DNA of 32,000 bases, taken from Mycolicibacterium smegmatis. Its GTDB lineage: Bacteria > Actinomycetota > Actinomycetes > Mycobacteriales > Mycobacteriaceae. Location of the stretch: contig NZ_LN831039.1 in the NCBI RefSeq assembly GCF_001457595.1, forward strand, positions 6,750,001 to 6,782,000, written 5' to 3'. Positions 24,592 to 32,000 of this stretch are shown here, piece after piece. The notes beneath the pieces were generated by a model. It saw only the letters and a program-made list of their open reading frames with translations. It was not told the DNA's origin and did no database searches. Positions within the stretch are counted from its first letter, which is position 1, and each line of letters opens with the position of its first letter. The position numbers were made by a program, and so were the translations under genes.

Positions 24592-25386
24592 TCACTTCAG
24601 GCGATACAACTCCGGACGCCGGTGGCGCAGGTAGTCGACGTCGTCTTCGGTGGAAGTGGCGGTGGCCGGTGTCACCCGGCACCGCGCCACCGACACCTCG
24701 CCGCCGCATTCGACGAGCAGCTCCCCGCCTGCGTCGACCACCCTCGAACCGCCGACGAACGTCAGCCCGGCCTCGGCCCCGATGAGGTTGGAGTAGACCA
24801 GCGGAGTGCGGTTCTCCAACGCCCGCGACAGGCACGCGACACGGTGGTCGTGGTGATACGGGAACATGTTGGCCGACGAGACGACGAACAGGTCGACCCC
24901 CGAGAGCGCCAATGTGCGTGCGATCTCCGGGAATTCGACGTCGAAGCAGATCATCGGCCCGACCCGCAGCCCGTCCACCTCGATGACCTCGAGGCGGTCC
25001 CCGGTCGCGAAGGCCTCACATTCCGCACCGAACAGGTGCGTCTTGCGATACACCCCTGCCACCGCACCGGTGCGGTCGATGCACAGCAGCGAGTTGTACA
25101 CCAGATCGCCTGAGCGCTCGGCAAATCCGGTGACCACCGCGGTGTCGTGCGCGGCGGCGGCCGCGCACAGGTCGGCCACCGGCCCCGGCTCGGGGATCAT
25201 TTCGATCGCGGCGTCGGCCACGACGTCGAGTCGGTATCCGCACAGGAACAACTCGGGGAACACGACGAGGTCCGCGCCCGGGTGCTTGGCGAGCGCCGCC
25301 ACCGCACGGCGTACGTTGGCGGCGACGTCGCCGGCCACCGCGGGTTCCTGGACCACCGCCACATCGACGGTGCGCAAGTCAGTCAC
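24592..25386 (-). CDS. Carbon-nitrogen hydrolase (nitrilase-superfamily amidase)
   Basis: The Glu-Lys-Cys triad context is present: VVFPELFLCGY, YRKTHLF, MICFDVEFPE. The start is GTG at 25386. Confidence 0.85.
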   Translation of the reverse strand: MTDLRTVDVAVVQEPAVAGDVAANVRRAVAALAKHPGADLVVFPELFLCGYRLDVVADAAIEMIPEPGPVADLCAAAAAHDTAVVTGFAERSGDLVYNSLLCIDRTGAVAGVYRKTHLFGAECEAFATGDRLEVIEVDGLRVGPMICFDVEFPEIARTLALSGVDLFVVSSANMFPYHHDHRVACLSRALENRTPLVYSNLIGAEAGLTFVGGSRVVDAGGELLVECGGEVSVARCRVTPATATSTEDDVDYLRHRRPELYRLK

Positions 25387-25402
25387 TCCGTGAGGCTAGC
25401 GC

Positions 25403-26716
25403 TCAGAACTCCCGCAGCGTCTCGCGCAGGGTGTTCTGGGTGTACTCGGTGCGCACCACGCCGCGCCGCTGCAGTTCCGGGATCAGGCCGTCGGTGACCT
25501 CGATGACGTGCCTGCGGCTCACGCCCTGGTTGTGCAGCGTGATCAGGAAGCCGTCGCCACCCACCTCGTCCATCAGCCACTCCATCTCGTCGGCGACCGA
25601 CGACGGGGTGCCGCACAGCGGGTACGACGAGCAGAAATCCGCCGAATCGTAGATCAACTCGCGCAGGGTCTTGCCGGATCCGGACTGCTGGAACTTGTCG
25701 AGTGAGCCCTGCTCACCGTTGGTGGTCAGGTGCGGCAGCGTCGAGTCGAGGTCGAACTGCGAGAAGTCGATGTCGGTGATCGAGGAGAGCAGCGACAGGG
25801 TCTGCTCGGCGAACGCCTGCGACGTGGTCAAGCGGTCGCGCCGTGCCACGGCCTCCTCGGTGGTCTCACCGAGCGTCGGGATCACCAGGTACATGACCTT
25901 GATCTCGTCGGGGTTGCGGCCCTGCGCCGCGGCCCTGCCGCGGATGTCCTCGCGGTAGGCCTTCATGCCGTCGACGCCGTCGGCCAGGGTGATGATCGCG
26001 TCGGAGTGCTTGGCCGCGAAGTCACGGCCTCGCGGTGACCCGCCCGCCTGCAGGAACGTCGGGCGTCCCTGTGGGGACGGCGCGGTGTTGAGCGGGCCCC
26101 GGCACTTGTAGTACTTGCCGTGGAAGTTGATCTCGTGCACCTTCGTGAAATCGGTGTGCACGCCGCGTTCGCGGTCGATGACGACGGCGTCGGGCTCCCA
26201 CGAATCCCACAGCTGGTACACGAGATCCATGTACTCGTCGGCCATCGCGTAGCGGTCTTCGCGCGGCGGCAACTCGTCGAGGCCGAAGTTCTGCGCGGCC
26301 GCGTTCTCGGCGCTGGTGACGATGTTCCAGCCGAACCGGCCGTGTGAGATGTGGTCGATGGTCGAGCACAGACGCGCCAGCAGGAACGGCGGATACCCCA
26401 GCGTCGACAACGTGGCGACGACACCGAGATGCTGCGTCGAGGCACTGATCAACGTCGCCAGCGGTGCCGGGTCGTGTTTGGGCACCATGCCGAATGCGTG
26501 TTTGAGCACAGTCTCTTTGGTGCCGCCGTAGGCCTCGGACACCGCGAGCTTGTCCTCCATCATGATGAAGTCGAAGCAGGCGCGTTCGAGGTTCTTGGCC
26601 ATCTCGACGTAGAACTGCCCGTCCCACGGCGCACCGCCGGCCTGTTCGAACGGCCCGGTCCACAGGTCCGAGGTGAAGTTCATGAACCAGCCGAGGTGAA
26701 ACTTCTTGTCTTTCAC
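25403..26716 (-). CDS. LLM-class flavin-dependent monooxygenase, NtaA/SnaA/DszA subfamily
   Basis: The N-terminus FHLGWFMNF...W......W.......YV..A..LE.A.FDFIMMED and the 437-aa size are typical of nitrilotriacetate monooxygenase component A-like enzymes. The start is GTG at 26716. Confidence 0.85.
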   Translation of the reverse strand: MKDKKFHLGWFMNFTSDLWTGPFEQAGGAPWDGQFYVEMAKNLERACFDFIMMEDKLAVSEAYGGTKETVLKHAFGMVPKHDPAPLATLISASTQHLGVVATLSTLGYPPFLLARLCSTIDHISHGRFGWNIVTSAENAAAQNFGLDELPPREDRYAMADEYMDLVYQLWDSWEPDAVVIDRERGVHTDFTKVHEINFHGKYYKCRGPLNTAPSPQGRPTFLQAGGSPRGRDFAAKHSDAIITLADGVDGMKAYREDIRGRAAAQGRNPDEIKVMYLVIPTLGETTEEAVARRDRLTTSQAFAEQTLSLLSSITDIDFSQFDLDSTLPHLTTNGEQGSLDKFQQSGSGKTLRELIYDSADFCSSYPLCGTPSSVADEMEWLMDEVGGDGFLITLHNQGVSRRHVIEVTDGLIPELQRRGVVRTEYTQNTLRETLREF

Positions 26717-26748
26717 TGCAGTATCACTACTTTCTTGTTATCCACTTG

Positions 26749-28185
26749 TCAGGCGTTCGCGGGCTCTGGGGTTTGCTGTGAGGTTTCCTTGAGCCCGAGG
26801 CGGGCCCGGATGACGAGGCCGATGACGAACAGTGCCGCAGTGACGATGAACGGCGCCCAGTCGACCCACGGGTCGCCCGTGCGGGGCCACAGGACGTTGA
26901 CGGTCTCCACGATCACCCACACCAGCGCGAGCCACCCCGCGACGTGTCCGGCACGGCCCAGGAAGGTCGGTTCGGTGGGGTCCCAGGTGCCCCGGAGCTT
27001 GCTGATCGCCAACCCCACGATGGGGAACCCGAACGACATGAAGAAGCCTGCGGTGACGAATGTGACCAGCAGCGTATAGATCTGCTCGCTCTGGAACGGC
27101 AGGTACAGCGCGATGCCGATGGCGCCGGTGACCACGGTGGCGGTGGTCGGGGTGTTGATGCGCGGGTGCAGCCGGCTCAGGTGCCGGCTGCCCGGCAGTT
27201 CACCGTTGCGTCCGTAGGACCACACGATGCGCGACACCGCCGAACTGATCGCGACCACCGTGGCGAAGTACGCGATGACGAACAGGATCATGACGGCCTT
27301 GAAAACCGGCGCCGGGAGGTACGCGGTGAGCGTCGCCGCGACGGGATCGGCGTCGTTGACGGCACTTTCGGGCATGGCCATCAGGAAAGCGAAGCACGTG
27401 AACAGCACGACGAGTCCGACACCGATGAGGGATCCGACGATCGCCTTGGGGATGTCGCGCTTGGGCTGACCGACCTCTTCGGCCAGCGTGCTGGCGCTCT
27501 CGAAGCCGAGGAACGACCATCCGGCGAACATCACCGCGAGCACGAAAGGCGTTGCCATGAAGGCGGTGTCGGGCGGCCAGCTCACGGCGCTGCCGAGCGA
27601 GGAGACGCTGTTGACCTTGTGGAAGCACAGCAGCCAGATGGCGATGCCCACCGATCCGGTGACCTCGGCGACCAGGCACAGAAAGCCCACGATGCGCACG
27701 GCCACCCGGCCCAGCACGTTGATCAGCACCGCACCGGCGAGGATGACCATCCCCACGAACGTCATGAGTTTCTGGTTTTCCGCGTCGAGATCGAACGCGG
27801 CGGCCGCGAACAGCGCGCCACCGTAGGAGACCGCCGTCAGGGTGACCAGCAGTGTCCACATGTAGGCCCATCCGGCGAACCACCCGTAGGCCGACCCGAG
27901 CAGACGCCGCGACCACTGGTAGACCCCGCCGGCCATGGGCCACCTCGAGGCCAGCACACCGAACGTCACACCGATGAGCACCTGCCCGATCAGCACGACC
28001 ACCAGGGCCCACCAGAATCCGGGTCCGGCCGCCGCCAGTCCGAGCCCGAAGACCATGTACATGGCCACGATCGGCGAGACGAAGACGAACCCCAGCATGG
28101 CTGCCGACCACATGCTGAACTCACGTCGCATCGGTCCGGCGGCGGTGGGCGTATCCGCAGTGGTGCGGGTCGCGATGTCGTCCAC
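26749..28185 (-). CDS. APC-family permease (amino acid/organocation)
   Basis: 478 aa, about 12 TM. Motifs seen: FSMWSAAMLGFVFVSP and SRWPMAGGVYQW. GTG at 28185 with GAAGGAG 5 nt upstream. Confidence 0.85.
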   Translation of the reverse strand: MDDIATRTTADTPTAAGPMRREFSMWSAAMLGFVFVSPIVAMYMVFGLGLAAAGPGFWWALVVVLIGQVLIGVTFGVLASRWPMAGGVYQWSRRLLGSAYGWFAGWAYMWTLLVTLTAVSYGGALFAAAAFDLDAENQKLMTFVGMVILAGAVLINVLGRVAVRIVGFLCLVAEVTGSVGIAIWLLCFHKVNSVSSLGSAVSWPPDTAFMATPFVLAVMFAGWSFLGFESASTLAEEVGQPKRDIPKAIVGSLIGVGLVVLFTCFAFLMAMPESAVNDADPVAATLTAYLPAPVFKAVMILFVIAYFATVVAISSAVSRIVWSYGRNGELPGSRHLSRLHPRINTPTTATVVTGAIGIALYLPFQSEQIYTLLVTFVTAGFFMSFGFPIVGLAISKLRGTWDPTEPTFLGRAGHVAGWLALVWVIVETVNVLWPRTGDPWVDWAPFIVTAALFVIGLVIRARLGLKETSQQTPEPANA

Positions 28186-28216
28186 AGGCGCTCCTTCGGC
28201 GAGGCTCCTGCACGCG

Positions 28217-28231
28217 CAGGAACGTTTCTGT
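28217..28231. promoter_or_regulatory. LacI-type palindromic operator (proximal)
   Basis: CAGGAACGTTTCTGT is a near-palindrome around a central AACGTT. It lies 32 nt upstream of the permease start. Confidence 0.6.
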
Positions 28232-28272
28232 CGCTGAAAGGTAGGGATGGCGTGTGTCGTGAAATGGCCGCC

Positions 28273-28288
28273 ACAGTAACGTTCCTGT
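28273..28288. promoter_or_regulatory. LacI-type palindromic operator (distal)
   Basis: ACAGTAACGTTCCTGT is 14/16 self-complementary and has the same CAGnAACGTTnCTGT core as the proximal site. The centres are 57 bp apart. Confidence 0.6.
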
Positions 28289-28313
28289 TACCGCTCGCTA
28301 CAAGTGGATGACG

Positions 28314-29315
28314 CTAGCCGCGCGAGCTGGCGCGCACGACCAGATGAGCGGGCACCACCTCGTGGCGCGGCTCGGCGTTCTGTTCGATCTGGTCCACCAG
28401 CATCCGGACCGCTGCGCGTCCCATCTCCTCGGCGTGCAGTTCGACCACCGAGATGGGCACGGGCGCCAGGGCCACCGCGGCACCGTCACCGAGATTGACC
28501 AGCATGAGGTCCTCGGGAACGCGCAGCCCCAGGTCCGTCGCGGCCAGCTCCGCGGCGAGCGCGAGCTGGTCCAGCCCGACGAACAGCGCGTCGGGGCGGT
28601 CGGGGCCGTCGAGGATGTCGCGCACCGCGGCGCGGGCCGCCGCCGGGTTGAACGCACCGGCGATGCGCGCGCTGCGCGGCGCGTACCCGTGCCGCCGGCA
28701 CCTTGACACGAACTCACGCTCCACGGAGCCGATGTAGGACGCCGCGGAATCCGGCGCGATGAGCATGGGCCTGCGGGCTCCGCCGCGTTCGAGGTGGTCG
28801 AGTACGTCGCCGACCACCCCCGCCCAGTCGTTGTCGACCCAGCTCGCGGCATCCGACGCGGTGCGGCCCACGGTGCTCGCCGGCGTGCCGCGCTGCCGGG
28901 CCGACTCGACCAGCGGGTCGCCTTCGGCCGGATCGACGGCGATGAGCCCGTCGTGCGCGACGTCGAGCTGCATGGCGGCAGGCGCGACCGCGAGGAAGAA
29001 ACCCCGCTGGTTGGCCTCGATCGCCGCGCCCGCCATCACGCGCATGAAATAGTCGACGTGCCACAGGGACTCGGCGTCCACATCGCTCGGCAGCATCGCG
29101 ATCACGAGGATGCCGGTACGGCCGTTGCGCAGGGAGCGCGCCGCGACGCTCGGGCGGTACCCCAGTTCGAGGGCGATCTTGCGGACGCGCTGGCGGGTCT
29201 TCTCGGGCAGCGACCCACTGCCGTTCAACGAATCCGACACGGTCGTCGTCGACACGTTCGCGGCCAGGGCCACATCACGCAACGTGACCCTGCCTCTGCC
29301 GCGTTCACCTGCCAT
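28314..29315 (-). CDS. LacI-family transcriptional regulator
   Basis: The N-terminal HTH reads VTLRDVALAANVSTTTVSDSLNG...KTRQRV..IA.ELGYRPS.AARSL. A periplasmic-binding-protein-like domain follows. Confidence 0.9.
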   Translation of the reverse strand: MAGERGRGRVTLRDVALAANVSTTTVSDSLNGSGSLPEKTRQRVRKIALELGYRPSVAARSLRNGRTGILVIAMLPSDVDAESLWHVDYFMRVMAGAAIEANQRGFFLAVAPAAMQLDVAHDGLIAVDPAEGDPLVESARQRGTPASTVGRTASDAASWVDNDWAGVVGDVLDHLERGGARRPMLIAPDSAASYIGSVEREFVSRCRRHGYAPRSARIAGAFNPAAARAAVRDILDGPDRPDALFVGLDQLALAAELAATDLGLRVPEDLMLVNLGDGAAVALAPVPISVVELHAEEMGRAAVRMLVDQIEQNAEPRHEVVPAHLVVRASSRG

Positions 29316-29621
29316 GGGCGCTCAATCTAGGCCGTCGGTGACCGATCGTGCGCGACATCCGCGACTTCCCCGGCCGGCCCGGTCGACAGTTGCCTGATCA
29401 CGGGCGTGGTCCAGCGGATCAGATCCTCGCGCTACCGTAACGACCGCGGGGCGAACGCGCTGGTGGGTACCCGGCTACATCGGCTGGGCGGGCGATTCGA
29501 CCGATACGGTGTCGATGATTTCGGCGCTGCGCCAAGGCGGAACGCGTGTGCTTGCTCGCCAAGCGTGGCCACCGACGGCGGTTCTGGCCGACAATCGACA
29601 TATGCGAACCACGCCGGTGGG

Positions 29622-30503
29622 ATGCCGATGAGCTGTCCGTACTGTGGCTTCGAGGTCGCGGCCGACGGCACGTGCAGCCGGTGCGGACGCGCAGAGTCGT
29701 CGGTCTCGCTGTCCGGATGGCGCCCGGACCCCACCGCACGCTACGAGGGTCGCTATTACACGGCCGGGCGTCCGACCAACCGGGTGCGCAACGGCAAGCA
29801 CGAAGCCTCCGATCCGACCGGTGGTCAGATGCTGCCCGACTACATCGAACTGCCCGCCTCGCGGTCGAGCATCCGCACGACGTGGATCACCACCGGGGCC
29901 GTCACCGCGATCATCGTGATGGCGGCCGCCATGGCGTGGGGTCTGCTGGTGGCACACCGGCGTCCGCCGCCACCACCCGAGACGGGTTACCTCGCGGCGT
30001 TGCGTGACACCGGGCTGATGAACCAGTTCAACTCCGACGCCAACGCCATCGCGCACGGGCATCAGGTGTGCCGGCGTCTGGAGGACGGCGAACCGCAGCA
30101 GGGTCTGCCCGCCGACAAGATCGCCGTCGACACGTTCTGTCCGCATTTCGCCCAGGGCTTCCACGTGCTCGACACCGTCAAGGTGTCCGGGATCTTCGTG
30201 CTCACCGACAGTCTGGGTGCCGAAGGAATTGCCGTCGACGGATCCTCGTGCACGGGAAACAGCGGCTACTCCGACATCGGGCCCGACACCGACGTGACCG
30301 TGAAGAACGGCAAAGGCGAGATCCTGACCACCACGACGCTCGGCCGCGGGACCGGCGGCTCCGCGGAGTGCCGGTTCACCTTCGCGTTCCCCGTCACCGA
30401 AGGTGAGGACCTCTACATCGTCTCGGTCGGCAGACGAGGCGAATTCCGCTACAGCTTCGACCAACTCCGCAGCCGCGGCGTGCAGGTCCACCTGGGGACC
30501 TGA
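29622..30503 (+). CDS. Multidomain membrane-anchored protein: zinc ribbon, DUF2510-like, TM, DUF732-like, then a C-terminal beta-rich domain
   Basis: Segments in order: CPYCG-x10-CSRCG, GWRPDPTARYEGRYY, a TM segment WITTGAVTAIIVMAAAMAWGLLVA, PPPPP, a YLAALRDTGL...HQVCRRL...FCPHF Cys pair, then a Gly/Thr-rich C-terminus. The start is ATG at 29622 or 29628, after GGTGGG. Confidence 0.65.
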   Translation: MPMSCPYCGFEVAADGTCSRCGRAESSVSLSGWRPDPTARYEGRYYTAGRPTNRVRNGKHEASDPTGGQMLPDYIELPASRSSIRTTWITTGAVTAIIVMAAAMAWGLLVAHRRPPPPPETGYLAALRDTGLMNQFNSDANAIAHGHQVCRRLEDGEPQQGLPADKIAVDTFCPHFAQGFHVLDTVKVSGIFVLTDSLGAEGIAVDGSSCTGNSGYSDIGPDTDVTVKNGKGEILTTTTLGRGTGGSAECRFTFAFPVTEGEDLYIVSVGRRGEFRYSFDQLRSRGVQVHLGT

Positions 30504-30509
30504 GGCCGG

Positions 30510-31193
30510 TCACCGGTTGGTGTCCGTCTCCTCGGCCGCCAACTTCTCGACGACCTGAGACAGCGTCTGCCAGTTCTGTTCGGTGGCGGCGGCCGCGCCC
30601 TCGGCGTCGCGTTTGCGGCACAGGCTCACGATCCTGCGGTGCTGTTCGATGGATTCGCGACCGGAAAGCGCTGAGAAACGCAGATATTCGAGCCGCCGCA
30701 GCACCGGGGTGACCTGTTCGAGCACCTGCTCGATCACCTCGTTGCCACTGGCCTGCACCGCCACGCCGTGAAAATGGTCGTCGCTGCGCATCGCGGCCTC
30801 GGGATCGCCACGCGAAATGGCCTGAGCGAAAGCGTGGTTGGCCGCGGTCATCGCGTCGAAGTCACTCTTGTCCATGAGCGGCACCGCGGTGCGGACGGCC
30901 AGCGCGTGCATCGCGGCCGCGACGCTCTGCGCGTTGAGCACGGCCTGCGGTTCGATCGCGGCGACCACGGTCGAACGCCCCGGCGTGGTGTGCACCAGGC
31001 CTGCCGTCTCCAACCGCGCGAGCGCCTCGCGGATCGGGGTCCGGCTGATGCCCAGCCACTCCTCGAGTTCGGGATCGCGCAGTTTCTCGCCGGGCGCCAG
31101 GGTGCCGTTGACGATCGCGTCCCGGATGGAGACGTAGGCCTGATCGCGCAGCAGCGACCTACGGTGCTTACCGCGCTCTATGGGCACCGGCAT
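30510..31193 (-). CDS. GntR-family transcriptional regulator (FadR/FCD subfamily)
   Basis: The wHTH reads LRDQAYVSIRDAIVNGTLAPGEKLRDPELEEWLGISRTPIREALARLETAGLV. An all-helical FCD-like C-terminal domain follows. Confidence 0.85.
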   Translation of the reverse strand: MPVPIERGKHRRSLLRDQAYVSIRDAIVNGTLAPGEKLRDPELEEWLGISRTPIREALARLETAGLVHTTPGRSTVVAAIEPQAVLNAQSVAAAMHALAVRTAVPLMDKSDFDAMTAANHAFAQAISRGDPEAAMRSDDHFHGVAVQASGNEVIEQVLEQVTPVLRRLEYLRFSALSGRESIEQHRRIVSLCRKRDAEGAAAATEQNWQTLSQVVEKLAAEETDTNR

Positions 31194-31352
31194 GCGACGT
31201 ATCGTATATCGCCATTTGCTGGGCGCCGCCTGTCGGTGGTCTGTGGCCTACTTGTTACGAGAGTTTGTCCCAACTGTCACAGGGGTAACTTTGATAACAG
31301 ACGCGAACAACGCGCCCACAGTCACGAAGAAAGAGTCGAATGGAACACGCTC

Positions 31353-31799
31353 ATGAACACCGTCCTGTACCTCAGCGCCTCCGGCGCGACCTATGAAACC
31401 GATGCATACACCCCGGCCGACATCACCCGCCTGGTCCGCGGCCACGGCCTGCAGAGCCTGACCAGCACCGACCGGCAGTTCGACTTCTGGTTCAGCCCGG
31501 CCCTGCTCCACTGCCAGCGCCGCACCAACCGCGTCGCCACCGAGTTGCTCCTGGCCACCACCGGTTTCACACCCAAAGACGTCCCGCTGCTGCGCGGCGC
31601 GGTGGTGATCGCCACCCACGACACCGACGGCGAACTCGACGGCCTGAGCTGGCAACAACTCGACACTCTCGTCGCCCGGCACCACGCACTGACAAAGCGT
31701 GACCGCAAGAGGCTTCGCCGCCGCATCGGACGTGACTGCCTCCCGGCAGCCGAGTCCCTGATCGGCCCGGCAGCGGGCCGTCCACACGCGCCGGCGTAG
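31353..31799 (+). CDS. Hypothetical protein, DUF3846-like pattern
   Basis: 148 aa. GC3 is very high in this frame, unlike the antisense ORFs. The FDFWF.......NRVATELL.......D...LRGAVVIATHDTDGEL pattern resembles DUF3846, from memory. Confidence 0.5.
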   Translation: MNTVLYLSASGATYETDAYTPADITRLVRGHGLQSLTSTDRQFDFWFSPALLHCQRRTNRVATELLLATTGFTPKDVPLLRGAVVIATHDTDGELDGLSWQQLDTLVARHHALTKRDRKRLRRRIGRDCLPAAESLIGPAAGRPHAPA

Positions 31800-31924
31800 G
31801 TATCGCTCCATCGACCGTGCCGCCACGGCGAGATCCGAGCCGATCTTCCGCCGTAGCTGCACGGTCGCCGCATCGATGCCCTCTCGCAGCGTTCACACAG
31901 ACACGCTTGCCGTTGACAATGCCA

Positions 31925-31958
31925 CTGAGGAATGTGCAATATATTGCACATTCCTCAG
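31925..31958. promoter_or_regulatory. Perfect 34-bp palindrome (operator or hairpin) next to a consensus TTGACA
   Basis: CTGAGGAATGTGCAATA|TATTGCACATTCCTCAG is exactly self-complementary. TTGACA lies at 31913-31918, and the AT-rich centre CAATATATTG falls at -10 distance. Confidence 0.55.
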
Positions 31959-32000
31959 CCTGACGGCGTCGGCCCGTCAGGGTGAATCCGCATCCAGTCA

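Noticed and set aside
26737-28312. A 13-nt inverted repeat, GTTATCCACTTGT (26737-26749) and ACAAGTGGATGAC (28300-28312), flanking the APC permease gene. It could suggest a mobile cassette.
   Set aside because: It is only a 12/13 match. By rough estimate, hundreds of such pairs are expected by chance in 32 kb on both strands. There are no target duplications or mobility genes.
31194-31352. Candidate GntR operator in the divergent region: CGTATCGTATATCG and distant GTTAC...GTAAC repeats.
   Set aside because: I could define no convincing palindrome of the TnGTnnnACnA type. The repeats are short and widely spaced.
31248-31951. Minus-strand ORFs of 204 and 186 aa overlapping the DUF3846-like gene.
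   Set aside because: The plus-strand frame has strongly GC-biased third positions and a plausible domain pattern. The minus-strand translations are Arg/Ala/Gly-rich with no motifs.
1-32000. A window-wide search for CRISPR arrays, tRNA/rRNA genes, IS elements, integrases, toxin-antitoxin pairs and recognisable phage-defence genes.
   Set aside because: I saw no regularly spaced direct repeats, no cloverleaf-like tRNA candidates, and no transposase, integrase or defence-type domains in any long ORF. The absence rests on reading by eye only. It should be confirmed with tRNAscan, Infernal and defence-system HMMs.

Overview
The window is a visibly high-GC, densely coding actinobacterial chromosome segment. 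It looks Mycobacteriaceae/Nocardiaceae-like, with DUF732/DUF2510-type proteins and many ATGA/GTGA start-stop overlaps. The organism cannot be verified without a search. I support about 33 CDS, one TPP riboswitch, a few terminator-like hairpins and several operator-like palindromes. I found no rRNA, tRNA, CRISPR array, transposase or integrase.

Main blocks:
1. 1-4500: an IclR regulator, a shikimate-dehydrogenase-like gene, a dehalogenase/epoxide-hydrolase-like hydrolase, an SDR and an esterase.
2. 4555-14675: a divergent pair of operons. One arm is NTF2-like, hydroxyquinol-type intradiol dioxygenase, maleylacetate reductase, MFS. The other arm is two xylose-isomerase-like TIM-barrel proteins, a Gfo/Idh/MocA oxidoreductase, a second MFS and an alpha/beta hydrolase. 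No aromatic hydroxylase is present. I consider this the best candidate for an undescribed route, from a cyclitol or hydroaromatic compound to benzenetriol to 3-oxoadipate.
3. 14964-15863: an MpaB/DUF2236 oxygenase-family gene.
4. 15957-19440: a TPP-riboswitch-controlled ykoE-ykoD-ykoC ECF importer with an overlapping uncharacterised P-loop kinase.
5. 19562-24591: an APC permease, a small conserved protein, an aldo/keto reductase, an MmyB-like regulator, and a TetR plus membrane protein pair.
6. 24592-29315: a LacI-controlled, non-sugar-looking operon (APC permease, NtaA/DszA-like flavin monooxygenase, C-N hydrolase) with twin palindromic operators.
7. 29622-32000: a multidomain zinc-ribbon/DUF2510/DUF732 membrane protein, a GntR regulator, a DUF3846-like gene and a perfect 34-bp palindrome at the window edge.

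All family assignments come from reading motifs in the translated ORFs, not from database searches.
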